A DNA stretch of 64,000 nucleotides, taken from Candidatus Eremiobacteria bacterium (GTDB lineage: Bacteria; Vulcanimicrobiota; Vulcanimicrobiia; Vulcanimicrobiales; Vulcanimicrobiaceae). The translations under genes were made by a program, and so were the position numbers. The stretch covers positions 2,208,001 to 2,272,000 of the forward strand of contig CAVTRC010000001.1 in NCBI GenBank assembly GCA_963737065.1. Direction: 5' to 3'. How positions within the stretch are numbered: the stretch's first letter is position 1; each line of letters opens with the position of its first letter. Of the stretch, positions 38,639-48,373 are shown piece by piece. The notes beneath the pieces are model-generated. The model saw only the letters and a list, made by a program, of their open reading frames with translations. It was not told where the DNA came from and did not search any database.

Positions 38639-40087
38639 ATGAGCTCGACGCTGGAAGCATCCGGTACCACCTACGAAGACCGCAATCCGGCAACAGGCGC
38701 CGTCATTGCGCACGTGCACGAGACGACGCGCGAAGAACTCGATGCGGCGGTGAAGTCGGCGCGCTCAGCGTTCGACGGCGGCAGATGGTCGAACATGGCA
38801 GCTTCGCGCCGCGCGAAGATCGTCTATAAGATCGCGCAGCTGATCGCCGAACGCGCGCAAGAGTTGATGATGCTCGAAGTCCGCGACAACGGCAAAGCGG
38901 TTGCAACCGCAAAGGGCGAGATCGGTGCGATCGTCGATTGTTTCGAGTTCTACGCCGGCGCTGCAACAAAGAATTACGGTGAAACGATTCCGCCGCCGCT
39001 GCCGACGTATCTCGCGAATACGGTCCGCGAACCGGTCGGCGTCGTCGGTGCAATCGTTCCGTGGAATTTTCCGTTGCTGCTCGCGTCGTGGAAAGTCGCG
39101 CCTGCGCTCGCCGCCGGATGCACGGTCGTGCTCAAACCCGCTCCCTCTACGCCGCTCACCGCAATCGAACTCGGGAAGATCGCCCTCGAAGCGGGCGTTC
39201 CTGAAGGCGCCCTCAGCATCGTTACAGGTTCCGGACGCGAACTCGGACAGTGGCTCGTCGAACATCCGCTCGTCGATAAAATTGCGTTCACGGGCAGTAC
39301 CGCAACCGGAAAGATCGTCGCAAAAACCGCGGCCGAAACCGTCAAGCGCGTCACGCTCGAGCTCGGCGGAAAATCGCCGACGCTCGTCTTCGATGACGCC
39401 GACATCGATGCTGCGGTCGCGGGCGCGCTCTACGGAATTTTCTACAATGCGGGTCAAGCATGCGAAGCGCGTTCGCGCGTGCTGCTCCATCGTCCGATAT
39501 ACGACGCGTTCGTTGCGTCGTTCGTCGAGCGCGCGCAAAATCTGCGCGTCGGAAATCCGGAAGACCCGCAGACGCACGTCGGCGCGATCACGTTGGCCGA
39601 ACAATTCGAGAAGATCAAGTCGTACTGCGAGATCGGCCGCAGCGAAGGTGCGCGAGCATTGATCGGCGGAACGCCGGCCGCGCTCGGCGACGAGTTCGCG
39701 AACGGAATGTTCTGGACTGCGACGGCGTTTGAAGCGCAACCGGGACATCGCATCGCGCGTGAAGAGATTTTCGGGCCCGTCGTCACGTTCACACCGTTCG
39801 ACGATGAAGCGCAGGCGGTCGTACTCGCGAACGACGGTGACTACGGGCTCTCCGCGAGCGTCTGGTCGAACAACATCGGACGTGCCAACCGCGTTGCGCG
39901 GGCGATTCGCAGCGGCACCGTCGCGATCAACACGCCGTATGCGGTCTTTCCCGGCGTGCCGTTCGGCGGGTATAAGCAGTCAGGGTACGGCCGCGAACTC
40001 GGCATGGAGACGATGCGGCTTTACACCGAGACCAAGAGCGTTCTAACGTACGTCGGAGAGAAAGCGATGAACCCGTTCGGCCTATGA
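38639..40087 (+). CDS. Aldehyde dehydrogenase
   Basis: PWNFP, FTGST, LELGGKSP, GQAC, EEIFGPV, PFGGYKQSG. Confidence 0.93.
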   Translation: MSSTLEASGTTYEDRNPATGAVIAHVHETTREELDAAVKSARSAFDGGRWSNMAASRRAKIVYKIAQLIAERAQELMMLEVRDNGKAVATAKGEIGAIVDCFEFYAGAATKNYGETIPPPLPTYLANTVREPVGVVGAIVPWNFPLLLASWKVAPALAAGCTVVLKPAPSTPLTAIELGKIALEAGVPEGALSIVTGSGRELGQWLVEHPLVDKIAFTGSTATGKIVAKTAAETVKRVTLELGGKSPTLVFDDADIDAAVAGALYGIFYNAGQACEARSRVLLHRPIYDAFVASFVERAQNLRVGNPEDPQTHVGAITLAEQFEKIKSYCEIGRSEGARALIGGTPAALGDEFANGMFWTATAFEAQPGHRIAREEIFGPVVTFTPFDDEAQAVVLANDGDYGLSASVWSNNIGRANRVARAIRSGTVAINTPYAVFPGVPFGGYKQSGYGRELGMETMRLYTETKSVLTYVGEKAMNPFGL

Positions 40088-40395
40088 TCAAAATCGGAGC
40101 GTACTACGAGACGACCTACGGCACGCTGTGGAAAGACGGTACGTATTTTCCGCGCGGCACGCGCGTGCTCGTTGTCGGCGTGCATCTCGATCAAGGTTTT
40201 TGCGTGCGCTTTCCGGCGGAAATCGAGGACGAGCCGCTCGAAACGTGGGAAGACTGGGGCGAATCGTCATTCCTTGCTGATGAAGGCAGCGTTCAACCCG
40301 CCGAACCGATCTCGCGCGCGGTCTTGAGCGAAGCGCGCGCCGTGCTTTCCGATGCCGAAGACGGCAGCCACCTGCATCTTCACGAAGAAGATTAG
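40084..40395 (+). CDS. Hypothetical protein, translationally coupled to the ALDH
   Basis: ATGA overlap; 103 aa. Confidence 0.55.
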   Translation: MIKIGAYYETTYGTLWKDGTYFPRGTRVLVVGVHLDQGFCVRFPAEIEDEPLETWEDWGESSFLADEGSVQPAEPISRAVLSEARAVLSDAEDGSHLHLHEED

Positions 40396-40853
40396 AACGA
40401 TAGCGTTACGCCGACCGTCCCCCAATATGGCGTACAGTCGTATTGCGTGCGCGGCAGCGGTGTCGGACCCGGTGTCGATGACGGTCCCGGAGTTGGCTGG
40501 AATGTTGCGCTAAAACAATAGGTTACGGTCGGTGTGAGGTTGCTGAAAACGGCTTTGCCCGGCCCCGGGCTCGCGTTGCTGAACGGCGCCGTCGTCTGCG
40601 TTGCGAGCGGCGTGCCGACGCTTCCGTTTACCGACGTCGACAGCGTGACCGTTTGATTCGGTAGCGGAGATGACGAGTAGTAGACGGACACAACCGCTGT
40701 CGATGCACTCGGGTCCGGCGACGGCGACGCGGTCGATGTCGGAATCGGCGTCGGTGTTGCGGAACCGAACAAATCGTTGACGTCGCCGTTGTTGCAAGCG
40801 GCAAGCGCGAGCGCTGTGGCAGCGAAGGCAAACGCGAGATAACGTTTGGGCAT
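40392..40853 (-). CDS. Pro/Thr/Ser-rich lipoprotein
   Basis: LAAC lipobox after a hydrophobic signal; PTP-rich linkers. Confidence 0.75.
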   Translation of the reverse strand: MPKRYLAFAFAATALALAACNNGDVNDLFGSATPTPIPTSTASPSPDPSASTAVVSVYYSSSPLPNQTVTLSTSVNGSVGTPLATQTTAPFSNASPGPGKAVFSNLTPTVTYCFSATFQPTPGPSSTPGPTPLPRTQYDCTPYWGTVGVTLSF

Positions 40854-40872
40854 GGCGCGGTGGCTTCGACGC

Positions 40873-41703
40873 TTATGCCGATGCTGCCTGGCCGGTTGCA
40901 TCGAAGAAGAATCTCAGCGATTTCCGATCGATCGCGGCGTAATATTCGCGGAAAAGCGCGGCCGCCGTCGTGCCCGGCCAGTGCGCCGGAAGCAGCGTGC
41001 TCGGAAGTCCCGGATCAACATACGTGAACTTGCGATAGTCATGAACGAGCCATAAGCGCTCGACGAACGCCTCCTCTTGCGAGAGGCCTCCTCGTTCACG
41101 CTCCCGAGCCAAGCGCGGCTCGTACATATGAATGAAGTCCCGATACGCCGATGCGATCGCTTCAAGATCCCAACACTTACTCAGCAATTCGCGATCGCTG
41201 CGCGGACCCGCATAGTCGCTTACGAACAAGTCGATGTTGTCCGCGACACCTGCAGACTCGACGATCTCGCGAACGTCTTCCATTGCATCGCGCGGTGACA
41301 ACCAGGTGGACGAAGATAGCGGCGCCCAACCGAGCACGGTGAGTTCTTTGCGCAACCGGTCGCGCCGTTCGCGTTGCGCTTCGGCTACGCTGTAGGTCAG
41401 CATGCGCCAGCGTCCATCCCACTCGACGACCGGTCCGTAAATCCGAGGGCTCAGGCCTTCGATGCGCCGGCGCCCGCGGTCGGTCACGGCATAATAGGCC
41501 CGATTCCCGGTTCGATGCGCCGACAGCCAGCCTTGTCGCGACATCCGCGACACCGCCTGGCGCACGGCCGCTTCCGATAGACCGAACGGCGCCATGAGGC
41601 GGACGAGGCCGCCGATCCACAGTGATCCCTCGGTCACATGGCGGTGCACCAAGTCACCGTATAAGGTGAAAATGAAGGAATTGGGCCTTGTTATTTGACG
41701 CAT
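40873..41703 (-). CDS. paaX: PaaX-family transcriptional repressor
   Basis: SFIFTLYGD, VRQAVSRMSRQGWL, WDGRW, WDL..I...Y..F, DPGLP..LLP..WPG. Confidence 0.9.
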   Translation of the reverse strand: MRQITRPNSFIFTLYGDLVHRHVTEGSLWIGGLVRLMAPFGLSEAAVRQAVSRMSRQGWLSAHRTGNRAYYAVTDRGRRRIEGLSPRIYGPVVEWDGRWRMLTYSVAEAQRERRDRLRKELTVLGWAPLSSSTWLSPRDAMEDVREIVESAGVADNIDLFVSDYAGPRSDRELLSKCWDLEAIASAYRDFIHMYEPRLARERERGGLSQEEAFVERLWLVHDYRKFTYVDPGLPSTLLPAHWPGTTAAALFREYYAAIDRKSLRFFFDATGQAASA

Positions 41704-41780
41704 TCGTCGCTAATATATCACTGTTCTCACGGAAACCATTAAATCCGTCATAACGGGGCGTCCCGGAAAGGCGTTGCACC

Positions 41781-42908
41781 ATGGCGCGCATCAGCACCTT
41801 CGACGACTGGATCGATCTCCTGAAGGATTGGCAGAAGGACATCGGCCTGGACCAAGAGCTCATCGAGCGGTTCATGCCGGGATACACGTTCCAAGCGAAA
41901 TACGGCGAACTCGCGACGCCGGAGATCTATTTCGGCGACTTCAAAGGCGAGCGGAGATGGGAGAAGGTGCGCGAGATCCCCGATCAGCGCATGCGCGATG
42001 CGGTGCTCAACATGATCGTCTATCAGGGCGATACGGAGTTTGCGTCGAACGAACAGCAGCGCTTTCTCGTCAACAACGCGCCGTCGGAGTACGATCTCGC
42101 CTCGCTCGTGCGCATCATGGTCGAAGAGACGCGTCACGGGTATCAAATGTGCCATCTGCTGGTCAATCAGTTCGGCAGCGAAGGTAAGATCGAAGCGCAG
42201 AAGATGCTGGAGCGCCGCGCATTCGGGAAGAAGAACCGGCTGCTCAACGCGTTCAACGACGACGTGACGCATTGGCTCGACTTCTTTGCATACACGAATT
42301 TCATGGATCGCGACGGCAAGTTCCAATTGACGATGCTCTCGCACTCGAGTTTCGCGCCGCTCGCGCAATCGATGGGTCCGATGCTGCGTGAAGAGTCGTT
42401 CCACATGGGCACCGGCATCACCGGGCTGCGTCGCATTGCGAAAGCCGGCATCATTCCGGTCGACATCCAACAGAAGTACTACAACAAGTGGATTTCGGGA
42501 TCGCTCGATCTTTTCGGAACGGATCACTCGGGTTCGGCGCAATGGGCGTACACCTGGGGAATCAAAGGACGCGTGGACGAAGATAAGACGGCCGATTCGG
42601 TCGACAAAGAACACTTGAACGAGCGCGCGCGTCAGCAGTTCCACGACGAAGTGCAGGCGACCGTCGATCGAGTCAACGAAGTGAACCCGAGCGAGACGAA
42701 GCTCTATGTCCCCGACATGAGATTCAACCGCCAGATCGGCGAGCATGCCGGTAAATTCTTTACCGTCGACGGTCGCCAACTCACGAAAGGCGAGTGGGAG
42801 TCGTACATGCCGAGCGTTCTTCCTACGCCGGCCGACGACGACGTCCTCAAGAGCTATTTCAAAGATTCCGACTGGATCGCACCCAAAGGCAATTTGAGCG
42901 CCAACTAA
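41781..42908 (+). CDS. BoxB-like di-iron aromatic-CoA epoxidase subunit
   Basis: QGDTEFASNEQQ, APSEYD, EETRH, DRDGKFQL, EESFHMGTG, LDLFG, FNRQIG. Confidence 0.85.
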   Translation: MARISTFDDWIDLLKDWQKDIGLDQELIERFMPGYTFQAKYGELATPEIYFGDFKGERRWEKVREIPDQRMRDAVLNMIVYQGDTEFASNEQQRFLVNNAPSEYDLASLVRIMVEETRHGYQMCHLLVNQFGSEGKIEAQKMLERRAFGKKNRLLNAFNDDVTHWLDFFAYTNFMDRDGKFQLTMLSHSSFAPLAQSMGPMLREESFHMGTGITGLRRIAKAGIIPVDIQQKYYNKWISGSLDLFGTDHSGSAQWAYTWGIKGRVDEDKTADSVDKEHLNERARQQFHDEVQATVDRVNEVNPSETKLYVPDMRFNRQIGEHAGKFFTVDGRQLTKGEWESYMPSVLPTPADDDVLKSYFKDSDWIAPKGNLSAN

Positions 42909-42919
42909 GGGACAACGAT

Positions 42920-43780
42920 ATGAGCACGACAGCTAACGGTACCGCAACCCAAGCGACGCCCTTCGGGCGCGAAGGGCGCATCTTTGACGGCAAGCGCGTC
43001 ATCAACCACTGGAAAGACGGACACATCGGTTTCGTCGAAATGAATGATCCGCCCGCGAATACCTACACGCACGAAATGATGCGCCAGCTCGATGAAGCGA
43101 TTCTTGACGCGCGCTTTGACAGCGACGTGGAAGTGATCGTGCTCACCGGCGCGGGTGAAAAGTTCTTCTCTGCCGGCGCGAACATCAACATGTTGAACTC
43201 GGTGACGCCGGAGTTTAAGTACATGTTCTGCTTGCATGCGAACGAGACGCTCTCGCGTTTGGAACAGACGCCGAAACTCGTGATCGCCGCACTCAACGGC
43301 CATTGCGTCGGCGGCGGCATGGAGATCGCCATGGCGGCCGACATCCGGATTGCGCGTCAGGATTCCGGAAAGATGGGTCTACCCGAAGTTGCACTCGGCG
43401 TTTTGCCGGGCACGGGCGGGACGCAGCGCCTCGCGCGCCTCGTCGGTAAGGCGCGAGCGATGGAGCTTATGGTGAGCGGCAAGACGTTCAGCTACGAACA
43501 GGCACTCGACTGGGGCGTGATTAGCGACATTTACGAAGGCTCCGCCGACGAATTTCGCGAGCAGATCACCGACTACGCGCGTCAATTCTGTAGCCCGAAC
43601 AAGGCGCCGATGGCAGTCGGTCACATCAAGCGCAGCGTGCAGACCGGCGCGGAACTTCCGCTCAACGACGCGCTCGCGCTCGAACGGGAACTCCAGTCGC
43701 TGCTCTTCAAGAGCGAGGATGCGAAAGAAGGCATCTCCGCGTACAATGAAAAGCGCGTCGCGAGATTCAAAAATAAATAG
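42920..43780 (+). CDS. Enoyl-CoA hydratase/isomerase (single crotonase domain)
   Basis: FFSAGANI, GHCVGGGMEIA, GLPEVALGVLPGTGGTQRL. Confidence 0.9.
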   Translation: MSTTANGTATQATPFGREGRIFDGKRVINHWKDGHIGFVEMNDPPANTYTHEMMRQLDEAILDARFDSDVEVIVLTGAGEKFFSAGANINMLNSVTPEFKYMFCLHANETLSRLEQTPKLVIAALNGHCVGGGMEIAMAADIRIARQDSGKMGLPEVALGVLPGTGGTQRLARLVGKARAMELMVSGKTFSYEQALDWGVISDIYEGSADEFREQITDYARQFCSPNKAPMAVGHIKRSVQTGAELPLNDALALERELQSLLFKSEDAKEGISAYNEKRVARFKNK

Positions 43781-43805
43781 CCGTTGCACGTCATCACGAC
43801 CGGCG

Positions 43806-43834
43806 GGCCGCTCGTCTCGAGCGGTCTTTTATTT
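43806..43834 (+). terminator. Intrinsic terminator
   Basis: GGCCGCTCG-TCT-CGAGCGGTC followed by TTTTATTT. Confidence 0.75.
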
Positions 43835-43899
43835 GACCTTCTTACACCATCAAAACAAAAGCGCGAGGTTCTCTCAGGTTTCGTTCGTACCATGAGCGA

Positions 43900-44877
43900 A
43901 TGCGAATCGCGGGGCTCTTCCTTCACACCGCCTGGCGCAGTGCTGGAACGTGGATTTGGCAACAGTTCCGCGCGCGGGACAACGTCATGGGTTTTTGCGA
44001 ACCGCTTAACGAGTGGCTCGCAGACGCCAAGCCGAGTACGCTGCTCGAACCGCGGCCGGAAATTTGGCCTTCCGGCCATTCCGACATCGGGCCCTATTTT
44101 GCGGAATATGCGCCGCTCCTGACCCCACGAGGCGTCGCCGGCTACGATCGACGCTTCGCGTACGAGTCGTACTTCATGCCCGTATCGCAAGGCGTGTCCG
44201 GTCTCGAGCGCTACGTCCAAAGCCTCTGCGATCTCGCGCACGCGAACGGACGACTGCCCGTTCTCAAATTCACGCGATCGCTCGGACGCGTTGAATGGAT
44301 GCGCACGCACTTTCCGGACGCCGCGCACGTGGTCATCGTGCGCAGCCCGCTCGCGCAGTACCGCTCGGCCGCACACCTGTACACGCGCGGACATCGCGAT
44401 TTCCTGGCGTCGCCGATTGCGCTTCTGGCGCACTTCGAGGAACATCCGGTCGTTCGTGACGTGCTCTGCGGACTTCAATGCAACGTACGCGCCGTTCGAC
44501 GGCGCACGCTGGAACGGACGCGCGTCGCGGCCGAACAGTATGTCGCGCGGGGAAACCCGCAAGAAACGTATCGTACGTCGCTTGCGTTTTGGCTTGCAAC
44601 GGCGCTGACGTCGATGCCGTTCGCCGATCTCGTGATCGACGCTGAATGTCTGGCCGAGAACGCCGAATACCGTAGGCTCATCGAAGAACGGTTGGCCGAG
44701 CTTTCAGGTATCGACATTTCGTTGGCGTCCGCGTCTGCGCCGTCATCCGGCGACGTCGGCGGGCTGATGCCGCCGAATGACGTGCTCCGAACGCTTCACG
44801 AGTCCGGCCGATCGATTTCGGAGAGATTTGCCGCGCATAGCGACGTCAATGCCGAATTGCTCGCAAAACTAGCATAA
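43900..44877 (+). CDS. Sulfotransferase-like P-loop protein
   Basis: LFLHTAWRSAGTW (5'-PSB-like), EP.NE, VLKFTR, IVRSPLAQYRS (3'-PB-like). Confidence 0.65.
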   Translation: MRIAGLFLHTAWRSAGTWIWQQFRARDNVMGFCEPLNEWLADAKPSTLLEPRPEIWPSGHSDIGPYFAEYAPLLTPRGVAGYDRRFAYESYFMPVSQGVSGLERYVQSLCDLAHANGRLPVLKFTRSLGRVEWMRTHFPDAAHVVIVRSPLAQYRSAAHLYTRGHRDFLASPIALLAHFEEHPVVRDVLCGLQCNVRAVRRRTLERTRVAAEQYVARGNPQETYRTSLAFWLATALTSMPFADLVIDAECLAENAEYRRLIEERLAELSGIDISLASASAPSSGDVGGLMPPNDVLRTLHESGRSISERFAAHSDVNAELLAKLA

Positions 44878-44947
44878 CGCGCGGCATACCTGCCGGGCGT
44901 CCGGTATGCCGGGAGGGGACGGACTGCGCGATTGCAAGTCCAAACGC

Positions 44948-45751
44948 GTGGGGCTGTATGCGTTTCCGTCGTTTCTGCTCTTGCTACTCGCAGTCGTCGT
45001 GGCGCCGGTGCTGGCGTGTGTTGGACAGTGGTTCGTCCATCGCAAGCTGAACCTTCGAAGGTTCTTCGTGGACAACGACGTCGCCGGATTTATCATTGCG
45101 GTCGTCGGCTCACTATATGCCGTGCTTCTCGGTTTTATGACCGTTATCGTGTGGACGCATTATGAAGCCGCTCGACTTCGCGTTTGGGACGAATCAGCGA
45201 GCGTCGCGGACGTCTGGCATGACGCTGTGGGTCTACCTCCCGCGCTCAGCCGTCGCGTTCGCCACGACATGCTCGAATATTCGAACACGATGATCGACAA
45301 AGAATGGCCCGCGATGCGCAGCGGAGGCTTTAGTGTCGTCGGTGATGAGCTCATTATGGACGCCGCGACGGTCGTCGGCCAGTTCGCACCGAAGACGTCG
45401 GCTCAGAGCAATGCGCAAGCGGCGATCATCGAACGCTTGAACGAAGTACACGACGCGCGTGGAGCTCGGCTCGCCTCGAATGCCGACGGAATGCCGGCGT
45501 TTCAATGGGCGGTGCTTTGGATCGGCGCGATTGTCGTGCTAGCGTTTTGTTATTTGTTCAGTGTCTCGCATTTGAACGCCCATATGTTGATGACGGGGTC
45601 CGTTTCCGTCTTGATCGCGACGATGTTCGTGTTGATCTTCGAACTGCAACTGCCGTTTCGCACGGACATCGGGATTAAACCGCAAGCGTGGCAGGCGTTG
45701 ATCGTACACATTCACTCGATGGACAAAATGCCGAACCCGATGTCGATGTAA
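44948..45751 (+). CDS. DUF4239-like membrane protein; start uncertain
   Basis: NDVAG, LYAVLLGF..V.VW, EWPAM, R..RL, L.LPF. Confidence 0.75.
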   Translation: MGLYAFPSFLLLLLAVVVAPVLACVGQWFVHRKLNLRRFFVDNDVAGFIIAVVGSLYAVLLGFMTVIVWTHYEAARLRVWDESASVADVWHDAVGLPPALSRRVRHDMLEYSNTMIDKEWPAMRSGGFSVVGDELIMDAATVVGQFAPKTSAQSNAQAAIIERLNEVHDARGARLASNADGMPAFQWAVLWIGAIVVLAFCYLFSVSHLNAHMLMTGSVSVLIATMFVLIFELQLPFRTDIGIKPQAWQALIVHIHSMDKMPNPMSM

Positions 45752-45839
45752 AGCATTATCGCGAGCTACGCCTGAGGGACCGCGAGCGAGCCTCGCTCGC
45801 AAGACGGACTATGCAGCGCCGCGACTTGCTTGCAGAGCG

Positions 45840-45868
45840 TGATATACTGACTAGACTAGTCAGGAGGC
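45840..45868 (+). promoter_or_regulatory. Toxin-antitoxin promoter/operator
   Basis: Extended -10 TGATATACT overlaps perfect palindrome CTGACTAG-A-CTAGTCAG (45847-45863), then AGGAGG. Confidence 0.7.
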
Positions 45869-45871
45869 GAA

Positions 45872-46246
45872 GTGAAACGAGGTAAGGTGCGGGCGCCCGA
45901 CCAGAAGCAGCGCCGCGAAGCGACGCCGATTCGCAAGGCCACGCTCCATATGCCGCCTTTGCTTGGGGCACTGTGGAACACCATTGCACCGGGACGTTGC
46001 CGGCGGTGGCAACTGCAGGATGCAAAGTCGCAGTTCAGTGAGGTGGTCCAACGGGCGCTTGAAGGCGCACCGCAGTGCGTGACCAAGCATGGCAAAGATG
46101 CCGTCATCGTCATCGCGTACGAAACGCTGATTCAAGCGGTGCGACCAAAACAGAATCTCTACGAGTTCCTTCGATCTTCACCGCTCGTTGGCGCCGACTT
46201 AAATTTTGAGCGCCTTCCCGGGGACGTTCGCGAGGTCGACTTTTGA
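45872..46246 (+). CDS. Phd/YefM-family antitoxin
   Basis: WQLQDAKSQFSEVV.RA..G.PQ.VTKHG. Confidence 0.88.
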   Translation: MKRGKVRAPDQKQRREATPIRKATLHMPPLLGALWNTIAPGRCRRWQLQDAKSQFSEVVQRALEGAPQCVTKHGKDAVIVIAYETLIQAVRPKQNLYEFLRSSPLVGADLNFERLPGDVREVDF

Positions 46247-46680
46247 GTGGGTTTTTGATGGACACCTGCGCCATTTCCGATGCAACGAAGGCACGTCCCG
46301 ATACGGGATTGACCGGCTGGCTGCGGTCCGTTGATCCCACACAAGTCTACATAAGCGTGGTAACGCTCGGGGAAATTCGCAAGGGAATCGAATGTTGTAC
46401 GAACGCAGTCAAAAAAGCAACGCTGGAAGCGTGGCTTACTAACGATGTCGCACAACAGTTCGCAGGACGCGTGCTGCCTTTCGACGCTGAAGTCGCAGAC
46501 CGCTGGGGTCGATTGGTTGCTGCGCTACAGCAAGGCGGTATCACCGCAGCGGCGATCGATTCCCTCATCGCTGCGACGGCGTTGGAACATAACCTGAGTG
46601 TCGTTACGCGGAACGAAAAAAATTTTGGACCGATGCGCATCTCAATCACAAATCCGTGGTTAGCATCTCCATCTCCGTAA
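46243..46680 (+). CDS. vapC: VapC-family PIN-domain toxin
   Basis: LMDTCAIS, SVVTLGEIRKG, DSLIAATA, VVTRN..NF, NPW. Confidence 0.9.
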   Translation: MSGFLMDTCAISDATKARPDTGLTGWLRSVDPTQVYISVVTLGEIRKGIECCTNAVKKATLEAWLTNDVAQQFAGRVLPFDAEVADRWGRLVAALQQGGITAAAIDSLIAATALEHNLSVVTRNEKNFGPMRISITNPWLASPSP

Positions 46681-46964
46681 CGAACGTACTGTTCCTTGTG
46701 ACGTTGAAACGACGGAAGATCTCCTTCGCGTTTTATCATAACGAAAACCGCGAGAATACATCGGACCTCCGAGAGCTATACCGAAACCGCTATACGCGCG
46801 TACTCGATCTAAATTTGACTACGCTGAAATTGCCGGCGTAACGACCCGATGGAACGCTTCGGTACTCCCTGGACAAATCGCCGTATCGGCCCCGCACTTC
46901 ACACACGGTTGGCACTTTGCAGCAGCCAATGGACGCGTTGGCACGAGCGGTCGCTGATTCATAA

Positions 46965-48373
46965 TCAGCTGCTTGGAGCGAAGCGGATACCGTCGACAAG
47001 GTTCGATTTCTTGTTGATCCACAAATAAAACTTGATGGTCGCGCTCGCAAATTCGACGCGATAGACGTACGCGTCGTCGTCGCCCATCTCGAACTTTTGC
47101 TTAAAGATCACGTTCTTCAACGCGCCGAGGGTCGCCAGTTGCTCTCCGATCTGTTGCTGCTGTTTTTGCGAAATCGTCTGACGAACGAGCGGCGAAAGCT
47201 GATCCGGCGGGAGCGAACCTTTGAGCGCCGCGTCAAGCAGCAGCTTCATGCGCGCCGTTACGCCCAAGTTTTCGCCGGCGCCCGGCTTCATCGCCGCGAG
47301 CGCGACTTGCGGGAACAACGTCTCGTAGATCTTTGTCGCGAGCGCTGCCGTAGCGGCCCCGTCTTCGTTTTCGAGCACGATCACGTCGACGCCGTCTTGC
47401 GGGAACGTGACGTTACTCGACGATGATCCGAACGTGCCGCCGTTATGCCAGACGCGTTCCCGCCCGTCGACCGTGTCGATTTGCCAGCCGAATCCATAGC
47501 CGTCGGAGGCGCCGTTCGCGAGTTTGCCGGGTGTCGTCATCAGCGCGAAGTCGGCCGGCGAGATAATTCTGTCCATCGTGCAAGGCGATATCCCACTTCG
47601 CGAGATCCCCGACGGTCGATACGATATCGCCGGCCGCGGATGCCCATGCATCGAAAAGCGGCTGCGCGGGCGAGACGCGTTGGCTATTTGTCATCCCGCG
47701 CCAGTACGGCGTAGCGAAATCGCTGAGCGAGGCTTCGTCGGCGATCGTGGCGCTATGCGTCATACCGGCCGGCGCAAAGAGATGCGTGCGGATGTACTGC
47801 CCATATGATTGCCCCGACACCACTTCAATCACGCGTCCGAGCGCAACGTAATTCGTGTTGCTGTACTCCCATTTCGTCCCCGGTTTGAAATGCAGCGGCT
47901 GCGCGGCAATCAGCCCTTCGATCTTTTCAAAACTTCCGGGCTGCCGCGCAATCGAGACGAAGTGATTGACGTCGGTATAATTGGGAAGTCCCGTGACTTG
48001 ATTCAGCAGCTGACGAAGCGTGATCTCGCGCGCGTGCGGAAACGAAGGAACGAATTTCGCCAGGCTGTCGTCGAGCGAAAGCTTCGCGTGTTCTTTCAGT
48101 TGTAGAATTGCCGCCGCAGTGAACTGCTTCGTGACCGATCCCACTTCGAAATCGGTATCGGCGTCCACCGGCATATCCGAGGCGATGTTCCGCAACCCGA
48201 ATCCCTTCGCGTAGATGATACGTCCGTTCGCGAACGACGGCGACGGCGCCGCCGGGCGCGCGTTGCGCATCGATCGCTTGGCCGGCGACCATGCTGAGAC
48301 GGTCATCGAGCGCAAGCGGCTGGGGCGACGCTGCCGGGTTAGCGACCGCTAAGAGCAGCGCAAGAACGAACAT
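46965..48373 (-). CDS. Secreted serine hydrolase (class C beta-lactamase-like), two apparent frameshifts
   Basis: Signal peptide from ATG 48373 (GGAGGAG RBS); GSVTKQFTA, YSNTNY, HNGG spread over three ORFs. Confidence 0.82.

Noticed and set aside
41690..41754. PaaX operator (GTTATTTGACG ... CGTCATAAC inverted pair)
   Set aside because: Imperfect, widely spaced and unlike the characterised TGATTC-N27-GAATCA site; too weak to call
46681..46964. Gene or ncRNA in the lower-GC gap after vapC
   Set aside because: Only short ORFs without motifs and no convincing structure
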